From Candidatus Nomurabacteria bacterium GW2011_GWC2_42_20 (lineage in GTDB: Bacteria; Patescibacteriota; Minisyncoccia; Phycocordibacterales; UBA1550): a stretch of DNA of 58,242 nt. The notes beneath the pieces were generated by a model that did not search any database, was not told the origin of the DNA, and saw only the letters and a list, made by a program, of their open reading frames with translations. Made by a program: the position numbers and the translations under genes. Position 1 is the first letter of the stretch. Every line of letters begins with the position of its first letter. Below are positions 1-8,558 of the stretch, in pieces. The stretch is taken from contig LCDG01000008.1 in NCBI GenBank assembly GCA_000998425.1, forward strand, positions 1-58,242, given 5' to 3'.

Positions 1-1753
1 GTGTACTTCAAACGGAGGTGTTACTGCGGGAACAAGCGCTACAATATACAAGGTGCGCATCACGCCAAAGTCGCATGCTCTAATGCCAGCTGTTCCAGGC
101 GCTTCGTACGCTACAACAGGTACCGTGACATCATTCACGAGCAGCAACCCACACACTGGAACAGACACATCGAGTGCTACTGTGACGGTTGACAACGGGT
201 CGCCGACAGATGTTACAAATGCAAGCGGAACAGCAGGTACAGGACAAGTAACTATAAACTGGACTAATCCTGTGGACACAGACTACCACAGCGTTGTAGT
301 GCTTAGACGCGCGGGAAGCGCCGTCGCAGACACGCCAGTTGAAGGTGACACGTACTCGAATGGAAACACTATCGGCGCATCGACAGTTGCTTGTGTTGTC
401 GATACTCCTACAGAGACTTGTATCGACTCAAGTCTCACAAACGGCACAGCATATCATTACAAAATTTTCAGCAAAGACACAAACGGCAACTACGCATCTG
501 GAATAGTGCCGACAGGATCGCCGTTCACACCGTCGGCAGTTACTTTTGTTATTACATCAAGCGCTGGAGCAAACGGTACAATTATTCCATTTGGCGCGAC
601 AAATGTTGCACAAGGAAGCTCGCAGGCTTTTGCAATTACGCCTGATTCTGGATATGAAGTTGAGACTCTTTTAGTAGATAGCATTTCGGTCGCAACATCC
701 AGCCCTTACACATTTACAAACGTACAAGCAGATCATACTATTCACGCAACATTCGTTGCCGTCGTGGTGCCACCAGGTTCGTTTATCATTAGCGCGACAT
801 CTGGCACAGGAGGCACAGTGTCCCCCGTCGGATCAACAGTAGTCGCGCAAGGAGGCTCACAGACATACACAATAACTCCAAACACTGGCTACAACATCGC
901 TACCCTCACTGTTGACAGCATTTCTGTTGCTACTTCAACATCATACACATTTACAGACGTACAAGCAGATCATACAATCAACGCCACCTTTATTGCAGTA
1001 CCTGCAGTAGTTGCGCCTGATACTGGAGCATCTAGACCAACAACGATTATATTCTCTGGTAAAGCATTCCCTGGTGGTAAAATATCCGTAATAGACAAAG
1101 AGCTTCGCACAGAAGACACTCTCGGACAAGAAGACATTTCTAGTCAGGATGGGTCATTTAGTGTTTCATTCATTGGTATTTTTCAAGGTCTCCACAGCTT
1201 TGGGCTCATCGTGAAAGACAAGGACCTGCGAACATCGCAAACAAAGTTTTTCTTTGTCGACACCAGGTCAGATAGTTTTCTAGAAAAAGACATTCTTGTT
1301 CCACCAACCATAGATATTGCAAATGGGCAGGTTTCTCGCGGCGGCAATGCAACTATTTTTGGCTATGCGACACCGGGGTATACCCTAGAACTCTATTTAG
1401 ATGATATACTGTTAAAAGAACTTATAGTCGAGCAAAGTGGTTTATATAAATTCGAAATACCAACTGGCGCGCTAGAGTTTGGGCAGCATAAAGTAAGAAC
1501 AAAACAAATCAATCTGACGACGAAAAAGTCGAGTGACTTCTCCACATCAAGAACCTTCATTGTATCGCGTCTTACTGTTGTAAGAGCCGACTTATCCGGC
1601 GACGGAAAAGTCGATATTAGAGATTGGAGTATCTTTTTATCTCGCTGGGGAGCAAAAGAATCTCTTGGTAGAGAGAGTATCGACTTTAATAGCGATGGAA
1701 AAGTTGATATTGCCGATTTTAGTATCTTTATTAAAACAATAAGAAAAAAATAA
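1..1753 (+). CDS. Surface protein, 5'-truncated by the window edge: FN3-like module, two tandem InlB-B-repeat-like domains, Ig-like region, C-terminal type-I dockerin
   Basis: Frame 2 is open from nt 2 (CTSNGGVTAGTSATIYKV precedes the first Met at 53), so the gene starts upstream of the window. 'INWTNPVDTDYHSVVVLRR...GTAYHYKIFSKDTNGN' is FN3-like. Tandem ~73-aa repeats are FVITSSAGANGTIIPFG...HTIHATFVAV (about nt 544-762) and FIISATSGTGGTVSPVG...HTINATFIAV (about nt 781-1000). The C-terminus (nt 1589-1741) carries duplicated Ca-loop segments DLSGDGKVDIRD / DFNSDGKVDIAD, as in a dockerin. Confidence 0.85.
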   Translation, partial: CTSNGGVTAGTSATIYKVRITPKSHALMPAVPGASYATTGTVTSFTSSNPHTGTDTSSATVTVDNGSPTDVTNASGTAGTGQVTINWTNPVDTDYHSVVVLRRAGSAVADTPVEGDTYSNGNTIGASTVACVVDTPTETCIDSSLTNGTAYHYKIFSKDTNGNYASGIVPTGSPFTPSAVTFVITSSAGANGTIIPFGATNVAQGSSQAFAITPDSGYEVETLLVDSISVATSSPYTFTNVQADHTIHATFVAVVVPPGSFIISATSGTGGTVSPVGSTVVAQGGSQTYTITPNTGYNIATLTVDSISVATSTSYTFTDVQADHTINATFIAVPAVVAPDTGASRPTTIIFSGKAFPGGKISVIDKELRTEDTLGQEDISSQDGSFSVSFIGIFQGLHSFGLIVKDKDLRTSQTKFFFVDTRSDSFLEKDILVPPTIDIANGQVSRGGNATIFGYATPGYTLELYLDDILLKELIVEQSGLYKFEIPTGALEFGQHKVRTKQINLTTKKSSDFSTSRTFIVSRLTVVRADLSGDGKVDIRDWSIFLSRWGAKESLGRESIDFNSDGKVDIADFSIFIKTIRKK

Positions 1754-1754
1754 T

Positions 1755-3431
1755 ATGTTACGGAATTTAAAACTTGGAATTTTATTTGGGGTCGCGATAT
1801 TTTTTGCAAATACTGCGGAAGCGGCTTCTCTCTTTTTTGTGCCAGCGACCGGAGAGTTTGGCGTTGGAAGCAAGATCACTGTCGACCTTAAAATCGACAG
1901 TGAAGGTGTCGGAATAAATGCTGCCCAAGCTACAATCCGCTTTCCAAAAGATACACTCACCGTAACATCTGTAGACAAGACGGATTCAACTTTCAACTTT
2001 TGGCTAGAAGAACCTTCGTTTTCTAATGATGATGGAGTAATTACTTTTGTCGGTGGTACCCCATACGGCATATCAGGTGCTTCGATTCAGGTCTTGCGCG
2101 TAGTGTTCACGTCAAAAGGAAGTGGTCCTGCATCTATTACAATAGCCGATGCTGCCATTACCGCATCTGATGGAAGTGGAACAAATGTGTTATCAAAAAC
2201 AACCGACGCCACCTTCACTATTTCACCAACCGCAGTTTCTACTGTAATCCCTGCGCCAACCCAAATCAAACGTGAAGTAGTCCCTGCAAGTGGCCTACCA
2301 ACAAAACCAATAGTGACTGTCCCACTATACCCAAGTGTGTCTGGATGGCACAATGTTTCAAATCTCTTCAGCGCAAGCTGGGAGCTTCCTCGAGATATTT
2401 CTGGGGTTAGAACATCACTAAATAAACAACCTAGCTTCGTACCATCGGAAGAATCCGAAGGGTTATTTGAGAATAAAACCTTTAACGCATTATCAGACGG
2501 TATATGGTATCTACATGTCCGTTTTGCAAACAATGTTGGATGGGGTCCAACAACTCATTATCGTATTGCCATTGACACACAAGCTCCACTCCCCTTCGAG
2601 ATCACATCAGACACAAGCGAGGCAAGCGACAACCCCACACCCATCCTTAACTTTAAAGCAAGCGACGCTCTATCTGGATTAAACGAATATCGCATAAAAA
2701 TTGACAATGAAAATTGGATTGTTGTCACCAGCGAGGACTTCACAGGGTCATACAAGCTTCCTGTACAAAACCCTGGTAAGCACCATTTGATTATTCGCGC
2801 TGTAGACCACGCAGGTAACAGTATTGAAAATACTATTGATTATGAGACACTATCAATAACATTGCCTACATTCACATTTGTTACAAATACACTTTATTCA
2901 GATGAACCAAAGGGGCTTACTGTAAGAGGTACTGGTATCGCATTAGCAGAAGTTGTTGCGACACTCAAAAAGGATGGTGCAACCATAACAAGTAAGATAG
3001 TCGCTGTAGACACGCAAGGCAACTGGGAAGCAACCTTCAACGATGCTCTGCGTAATGGAACATATATTGTGAGTATTCAATCAAAAGATGCGCGTGGAGC
3101 TCTCAGCACTCCTGTAATTTCTGAAAATATTCAAGTTACTGGGAAATACACTGGCTTAATAATTCTGTCATTTATTATCCTTGTTGGGTCTCTTGCATCG
3201 GGATTCTTTTATCATAAAAAGCGTCGTGACCGTACTTCACTTCGTCTTGCTGTTGCTGAAAGCGATGTTGCAAAGGTATTTAAAATGATCGAGGCCGATG
3301 TTGAAAAACTTAAAAAGGCTGACACAACTCCAACACTCGCAGATGATGAATTTATCGCTCAAAAACTCGGTGAGAACGTGAAAAAGATGAGTGGGTATAT
3401 CAAGGAAACAATAAAACGTGCTAAAGAATAG
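1755..3431 (+). CDS. Membrane-anchored cohesin-domain protein (signal peptide, cohesin, Ig-like modules, C-terminal TM helix and cytoplasmic tail)
   Basis: Signal peptide MLRNLKLGILFGVAIFFANTAEA. The cohesin-like segment is 'SLFFVPATGEFGVGSKITVDLKIDSEGVGINAAQATIRFPKDTLTV...IQVLRVVFTSKGSGPASITIADAAI' (about nt 1827-2220). TM helix LIILSFIILVGSLASGFFY is followed by KKRRDR (about nt 3154-3235). The ATG lies 1 nt after the stop of the dockerin gene. Confidence 0.8.
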   Translation: MLRNLKLGILFGVAIFFANTAEAASLFFVPATGEFGVGSKITVDLKIDSEGVGINAAQATIRFPKDTLTVTSVDKTDSTFNFWLEEPSFSNDDGVITFVGGTPYGISGASIQVLRVVFTSKGSGPASITIADAAITASDGSGTNVLSKTTDATFTISPTAVSTVIPAPTQIKREVVPASGLPTKPIVTVPLYPSVSGWHNVSNLFSASWELPRDISGVRTSLNKQPSFVPSEESEGLFENKTFNALSDGIWYLHVRFANNVGWGPTTHYRIAIDTQAPLPFEITSDTSEASDNPTPILNFKASDALSGLNEYRIKIDNENWIVVTSEDFTGSYKLPVQNPGKHHLIIRAVDHAGNSIENTIDYETLSITLPTFTFVTNTLYSDEPKGLTVRGTGIALAEVVATLKKDGATITSKIVAVDTQGNWEATFNDALRNGTYIVSIQSKDARGALSTPVISENIQVTGKYTGLIILSFIILVGSLASGFFYHKKRRDRTSLRLAVAESDVAKVFKMIEADVEKLKKADTTPTLADDEFIAQKLGENVKKMSGYIKETIKRAKE

Positions 3432-3461
3432 AGGCTGCCCTCACTGTTCAAGTTAAGTATC

Positions 3462-3497
3462 CTACACAAAACCCGCCAAATGGCGGGTTTTGTGTAG
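3462..3497. terminator. Bidirectional rho-independent terminator between convergent genes
   Basis: Perfect 16-bp stem ctacacaaaacccgcc / ggcgggttttgtgtag with loop aaat. A/T runs are built into both sides of the stem. Confidence 0.8.
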
Positions 3498-3527
3498 TAG
3501 ATATTTCAATATTCAAATTTCCATTTT

Positions 3528-3941
3528 CTATATTCGCTTCTCTTTGCACGGCACACAACGACAATGTGGCTTTTTGATATACTCATCAAAATACTCCTTG
3601 CCGTAATCATAGTTTAGCTCTTCTCCAGCTTCGATACGTTTTATAGACTTCACGAACACGCGACCACCAACAATCTCAACCTCGCAATTTGGCTTACATG
3701 AGTGATTAATATATCGCGCTGTGTTTGAACGCGCGCTACCATCGATGAGCCTCGTCTTGCTTGTCTCGAATAAATATTTATTTTCTGGGTAATTTTCTAC
3801 TTCTTTTTTCCCATTCACCACCTTCCCAACGTATTCTATGATCCATGTGCCACGCTTAATAGGATCCTCTGCAAAAAGCCCGAGCCCAGCGCTCGACTTC
3901 TTAACCTTGTATTTCACATTTCCTATTTTTGGAATCGGCAT
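3528..3941 (-). CDS. SET-domain protein-lysine N-methyltransferase
   Basis: GLGLFA...WIIEYVG, the NHSCKPNCE (NHSC) motif, the EELNYDY (ELxYDY) motif and a post-SET-like Cys cluster CRCVPCK. Confidence 0.8.
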   Translation of the reverse strand: MPIPKIGNVKYKVKKSSAGLGLFAEDPIKRGTWIIEYVGKVVNGKKEVENYPENKYLFETSKTRLIDGSARSNTARYINHSCKPNCEVEIVGGRVFVKSIKRIEAGEELNYDYGKEYFDEYIKKPHCRCVPCKEKRI

Positions 3942-4020
3942 AAAATCGCTTAATGATTACTTGAAGATTGCTTTATAATGTAACCTCGCCATTATACGCT
4001 AAGTAAAGTAAAATACAATA

Positions 4021-5295
4021 ATGAAAGAGATTATGGAATATGATGTAGCTGTGATCGGTGGTGGTCCTGCTGGGATGATGGCAGCTATTTTTTCAGCACA
4101 AAATGGCGCGCACGTAATTTTGATAGAAAAAAATAAAACACTTGGCAAAAAACTACTTATCACAGGAGGTGGCAGGTGTAATATCACCAACGCAATTTTT
4201 GATAATCGTATTCTCGCCAAAAAATACGGACAAAAAGGTAAATTCCTTCTCTCTCCTTTCTCAAAATGGAACGCTGGCGACACAATAAAATTTTTTGAAG
4301 CCAATGGAATGCCTACTAAGGTTGAGGCTGAGGGGCGTGTATTCCCGAAGAGCGACTCTGCGCGAAGCGTGCTAGATGTTTTAACACATGAACTCAAAAA
4401 GGCTGATGTAAAAATTATAACAAACTCCCCTGTCATAAAAATATATTCATCAAAAGGCAGGGTAACTAAAATTGAAACCGAAGACGCAATTATTTCTGCA
4501 AAAACATTTATCATCACTACGGGTGGTACAGCGCGACCAGAAACGGGTTCGTCAGGGGATGGATTTAGGTGGCTCAAAAAACTCGGGCACACGGTTAACA
4601 CTCCCCTTTCTGCGCTTGTACCAATCAAAACAAAGGAGGTGTGGTCACACAAGCTTCAGGGATTGTCGCTCTCAAATGCGCGAGTTACCATCATCGCTGG
4701 TGGAGCGCGCGCAGACACAAGAGTCGGCAAAATTCTTTTTACACATTTTGGTCTTTCCGGACCCCTTATACTTAATATGAGCCACACTATTGGCGAGGCT
4801 ATACAAAATAGCGTGGTCGCGATAGAGCTTGATATCTTTCCAACACTAGACCATTCTGCACTCGATGAAAAACTTCTATCTCACCTAGCTGTCGCACAGA
4901 ACAAGAAAATATTAAATGCCCTCACAGGGTTCCTACCACCGCAACTTGCGCAAGTTGCCATAGAGCTATCTGACCTTGACCAAGAACTTATTGTAAACAA
5001 GCTGTCCCGTACCGCGCGCATCGCATTAGTTAAAAAGCTTAAATCATTCACAATAACTCCAGTCGGGCTGCTTGGTTCTGAAAAGGCAATCGTTTCATCT
5101 GGTGGCATCGCCCTCGATGAAATTGATTTTAAAACAATGTCATCCAGAAAAATTAAAAACCTCTACTTGGCAGGCGATATTCTCGATTTTGATCGCCCTT
5201 CAGGCGGGTTTAGTTTACAAATCTGCTGGTCAACAGGATTTGTTGCAGGAACAAGCGCCACATACGCCACACTTGATAACCCAATGAAATCCTAG
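4021..5295 (+). CDS. NAD(P)/FAD-dependent oxidoreductase, HI0933/BaiN-family flavoprotein
   Basis: N-terminal dinucleotide fold YDVAVIGGGPAGMMAA, and GGGRCNITN, which is characteristic of the HI0933 family. A C-terminal GDILD...GG motif is present. Confidence 0.8.
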   Translation: MKEIMEYDVAVIGGGPAGMMAAIFSAQNGAHVILIEKNKTLGKKLLITGGGRCNITNAIFDNRILAKKYGQKGKFLLSPFSKWNAGDTIKFFEANGMPTKVEAEGRVFPKSDSARSVLDVLTHELKKADVKIITNSPVIKIYSSKGRVTKIETEDAIISAKTFIITTGGTARPETGSSGDGFRWLKKLGHTVNTPLSALVPIKTKEVWSHKLQGLSLSNARVTIIAGGARADTRVGKILFTHFGLSGPLILNMSHTIGEAIQNSVVAIELDIFPTLDHSALDEKLLSHLAVAQNKKILNALTGFLPPQLAQVAIELSDLDQELIVNKLSRTARIALVKKLKSFTITPVGLLGSEKAIVSSGGIALDEIDFKTMSSRKIKNLYLAGDILDFDRPSGGFSLQICWSTGFVAGTSATYATLDNPMKS

Positions 5296-5349
5296 CTATT
5301 TATTATAGTATCGGTGTATAATATAAAGAACAATTTATAAAATAAAAAT

Positions 5350-6594
5350 ATGGAAAACCAAACAAATACAACGGATACAAAAAAGGTTAACGCTTTGGGG
5401 AAACAGCACACAGGAAGAAACACTCTTATTATTGTTGGGGTCATTCTTATTACTATTGGAGTTCTTGGTTCCTTTTTTTCAGCGCAGGCAATTGAAAAAT
5501 TCTTTTGGGAAGCGCGCACAAAATCTGAGATCAAAACTGTTGCTCAGCTGTACAAAAGTCTGGGAGAGCATGATATCTCTGAATGGCAAAATGTCGACGC
5601 AAATGAACGCATCGGAATCTTTGCTCAAAGCATAAGGCAGTACCTTCCAAGCATTGCGGCAATGAAGATATTCACAGTAGACGGGACAATCGCATGGACC
5701 GACCTAAGAAATGTGAAGCCTGGATATAAAAAAATTGGGATTGAAAAAGAAATAAATGAAGTCGAAAGTGCTGGACAAATGATCAAGCCAGCAAGTGAAT
5801 CCACAAAACAAGAACTTATAAAAGAAAACTTGCTTGAGATTTGGACTACTCTAAAAAATCCTCAAGGGAAAACGCTTGGTTATGTTGAGTTATATTTTGA
5901 TAGTACCGATATCACTGCATTTATCAACAAGATTCAATACGCGATATGGGGAACAACCACAATTGTTTTGAGTGTTATCATAACTCTCATAGGTGTAGTG
6001 TTCAAAAAGCAGGATGAGATTATCTTTGCAAAAGCAAACGAGCTTGAAGACATCGTTGAAAAAGCCCCTATTGGCATTTACACTATTGATAATAAAGGCG
6101 TTGTTTCATCCTTAAATCCAAAAATGAGCGAGCTGATTGCTGAAATTAGTTCTGAAAAAATTCTTGGAAAAAATATTTTTGACTCAGAAAATGCGATGAA
6201 AATGAATATTGAAGGAGATATTCGAGAGGCACTTACAGGGGCTCCATTTAACAAAGAAGTAGTGGCAACAGACAAAAATGGAAACGAGGTTTATCGACAA
6301 TATAGCGGTACTCCCCTCTTTGCGACAGACGGGAAAACCGTTGCGCAGGTACTCTTTATGGTTGTTGACATCACAGAACGAAAAAAACTTGAAAATGAGA
6401 TCGCATTGCACACAAAAGACCTAGAAAATCGCGTTGCGGATAGAACAAAGGAGCTTCAAGCGAAAATCGAAGAGCTTGAGCAATTTGAGCGTCTAACTGT
6501 CGGTCGCGAGCTACGCATGACAGAGCTCAAGCAACAAGTCGAGAAAATGCGTATTAAACTTGAAAGTATGGGAGTAGACTACAATTCTCTATAA
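5350..6594 (+). CDS. Membrane-anchored PAS-domain sensor protein with C-terminal coiled coil and no recognisable output domain
   Basis: Two hydrophobic segments (LIIVGVILITIGVLGSFF; TTTIVLSVIITLIGVVF) flank an extracytoplasmic domain. A PAS-like segment (APIGIYTIDNKGVVSSLNP...FMVVDITERKKLE) follows. The protein ends in a heptad-rich helix (RVADRTKELQAKIEELEQFERLTVGRELRMTELKQQVEKM). No H-box or ATPase motifs are present. Confidence 0.7.
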   Translation: MENQTNTTDTKKVNALGKQHTGRNTLIIVGVILITIGVLGSFFSAQAIEKFFWEARTKSEIKTVAQLYKSLGEHDISEWQNVDANERIGIFAQSIRQYLPSIAAMKIFTVDGTIAWTDLRNVKPGYKKIGIEKEINEVESAGQMIKPASESTKQELIKENLLEIWTTLKNPQGKTLGYVELYFDSTDITAFINKIQYAIWGTTTIVLSVIITLIGVVFKKQDEIIFAKANELEDIVEKAPIGIYTIDNKGVVSSLNPKMSELIAEISSEKILGKNIFDSENAMKMNIEGDIREALTGAPFNKEVVATDKNGNEVYRQYSGTPLFATDGKTVAQVLFMVVDITERKKLENEIALHTKDLENRVADRTKELQAKIEELEQFERLTVGRELRMTELKQQVEKMRIKLESMGVDYNSL

Positions 6595-6669
6595 AATAGG
6601 AAAGTTGATACTGGCTCTGATTTATTTATCACCTTTTTCTATCGCCTATTCTTCTAAAAGGATATTCTT

Positions 6670-8553
6670 ATGAACAACAACGGGTACCTAGATTTTAAAA
6701 AGGCGATCCGGTTTGAAATCACGCTTGTCGTCCTTTTTATTACGACATTTGCGTTATATCTTCTAGGGCTTTTACCAGCGATTCTTCAGGTTGAGATTCT
6801 TAGCATTGTAGGGTTTATAGGACTTTTGCCTGTAGCAAAAAGCGCTCTTGACTCACTAAGGAACAAAAGAATAAATGTTGATCTTCTTGCAACAATAGCG
6901 CTCTTTCTTTCACTTATAAGCGCGGAATGGGGGTCTATGCTTTTTATAAACATAATGCTTGCTGGAGCGCGTGTTCTCGATTTGTACACAAAGAGACGCA
7001 TTAGAACTTCTCTTGAAGGTCTCACAAAATTAAAACCATCAAGGGCTAGGGTAAGAAAAGACGATGAGACGACAGAAATCCCACTTGCAGATGTAAAAGC
7101 TGGTGATATTGTCGTCGTAAACCTTGGTGAACAAATACCAGTCGACGGTATAGTAATAGAGGGCACTGCAACGGTAAATCAGGCGTCTCTTACAGGTGAG
7201 TCTGTTCCCGTGCTTCACGAGGTGGGTTCTTATGTGCTGTCAGCAACCGTTGTAGTCTCTGGAAACATTGTTGTGCAAGCAAAACATATCGGGCTAGAAA
7301 CTACATTTGAAAAGATGATAAACCTCGTTGAGGAATCTGGCGATGCGAAAACAAGAATGAAAACCCTTGCAGAGAAATTTGCAAGCTGGTACATCGGCAT
7401 CATGCTCGTTGTCGCCTTTACCCTCTACTTGATCACAAGGGACACAATGCTTGTGCTTGCTGTGGTCCTCGTAGTCTGCGCAGACGATATTGCTATAGCC
7501 GTACCTATGGCATATATTATTGCAATAGGTACGGCTGCGCGACACGGAATAGTAATAAAGAGTGCTGATTTCCTTGAACTCGCTTCAAAAATCACTACGC
7601 TTATCGTCGATAAAACAGGTACGCTCACCCTTGGAAATCTATCCGTTACAAACGTTAGGACGTTTGGTACTCATGACACTCGACATGTCCTAGAGCTATC
7701 AGGAATAATATGCGCGCGATCGAATCACCCTGTTTCAAAAGCAATAGTAGAATATGCAAAAGAAAAAAGCTGCAGCTGTATATCCCCAGATAATTTCGAG
7801 GAGATTGAGGGACGTGGCATTATTAGTACTGACACAAATGGTAATGAGATAATTATCGGAAGGTATGAATTTTTATACGAACGTGGCATCAAGATTGGAA
7901 ATAATGTAAACAATGCTATCAATGAAGAAATATCAAAGGGAAATAACATAACCTTGCTTGCTTTGGATAATGAAGTGATTGGGTTATTTGCATTTGCAGA
8001 CGAAATGCGTGCTGGAATGGTAGAATCTATCACGGCGCTAAAGCAGAGCGGTATCAAAGAGATCATAATGCTTACTGGGGACAACGATGGTGTAGCAAAA
8101 AATATTGCCAAACGTTTAGGTATCGACAAATATTACTCAAAGCTTCTTCCTGAGCATAAGGTTTTTGTTCTAAAAGACTATCTTGGGAAAAATGGGCGTA
8201 CTGTGGCGATGGTTGGCGATGGTGTAAATGATGCTGCTGTGCTTACACGCGCGGACGTTGGTATCGCCATGGGAGGTGTAGGGTCTGACGCCGCTATAGA
8301 ATCAGCGGATATCGTTCTCATGCAAGACAATTTCGAAAAAATTATTGAATTACGCGGTATTTCTAAAAAAGTTTCTGATGTGGTGCGTGGGAACTTCGTA
8401 ATCTGGGGCGTTGTGAACGCTGTTGGATTGTATCTCGTATTTACCCACGTACTTAATCCAGCAGGAGCAGCCGCTTACAACTTTTTCACTGATTTCATCC
8501 CAATAGCAAATTCTCTTCGACTTTTCCGTTACAGTAAAAATACTATACAATAA
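6670..8553 (+). CDS. P1B-like (heavy-metal type) P-type ATPase lacking an N-terminal metal-binding domain and a canonical CPx motif
   Basis: TGES (SLTGESVPV), DKTGTLT, the HP dipeptide (SNHPVSKAI) and GDGVNDAAVL...VGIAMG. The size and 'HP' fit P1B. The TM segment upstream of DKTGT reads VVCADDIAIAVPMAY rather than xCPCxxxxxP. Confidence 0.8.
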   Translation: MNNNGYLDFKKAIRFEITLVVLFITTFALYLLGLLPAILQVEILSIVGFIGLLPVAKSALDSLRNKRINVDLLATIALFLSLISAEWGSMLFINIMLAGARVLDLYTKRRIRTSLEGLTKLKPSRARVRKDDETTEIPLADVKAGDIVVVNLGEQIPVDGIVIEGTATVNQASLTGESVPVLHEVGSYVLSATVVVSGNIVVQAKHIGLETTFEKMINLVEESGDAKTRMKTLAEKFASWYIGIMLVVAFTLYLITRDTMLVLAVVLVVCADDIAIAVPMAYIIAIGTAARHGIVIKSADFLELASKITTLIVDKTGTLTLGNLSVTNVRTFGTHDTRHVLELSGIICARSNHPVSKAIVEYAKEKSCSCISPDNFEEIEGRGIISTDTNGNEIIIGRYEFLYERGIKIGNNVNNAINEEISKGNNITLLALDNEVIGLFAFADEMRAGMVESITALKQSGIKEIIMLTGDNDGVAKNIAKRLGIDKYYSKLLPEHKVFVLKDYLGKNGRTVAMVGDGVNDAAVLTRADVGIAMGGVGSDAAIESADIVLMQDNFEKIIELRGISKKVSDVVRGNFVIWGVVNAVGLYLVFTHVLNPAGAAAYNFFTDFIPIANSLRLFRYSKNTIQ

Positions 8554-8558
8554 TACTT

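Noticed and set aside
1-192. 63-aa frame-1 ORF at the window start
   Set aside because: It overlaps the real frame-2 gene. The frame-2 translation is homologous to the 1080-aa protein and is open to the window edge.
3999-4652. 217-aa minus-strand ORF antisense to the flavoprotein gene. The same applies to the many other 60-170 aa antisense or out-of-frame ORFs in the track inside rpoB, rpoC, dnaG, the ATPases, the ABC genes and the kinase.
   Set aside because: These are shadow ORFs inside genes that carry strong family motifs on the other strand or frame. They have low-complexity Ser/Pro/Ile-rich translations, no motifs and no independent signals.
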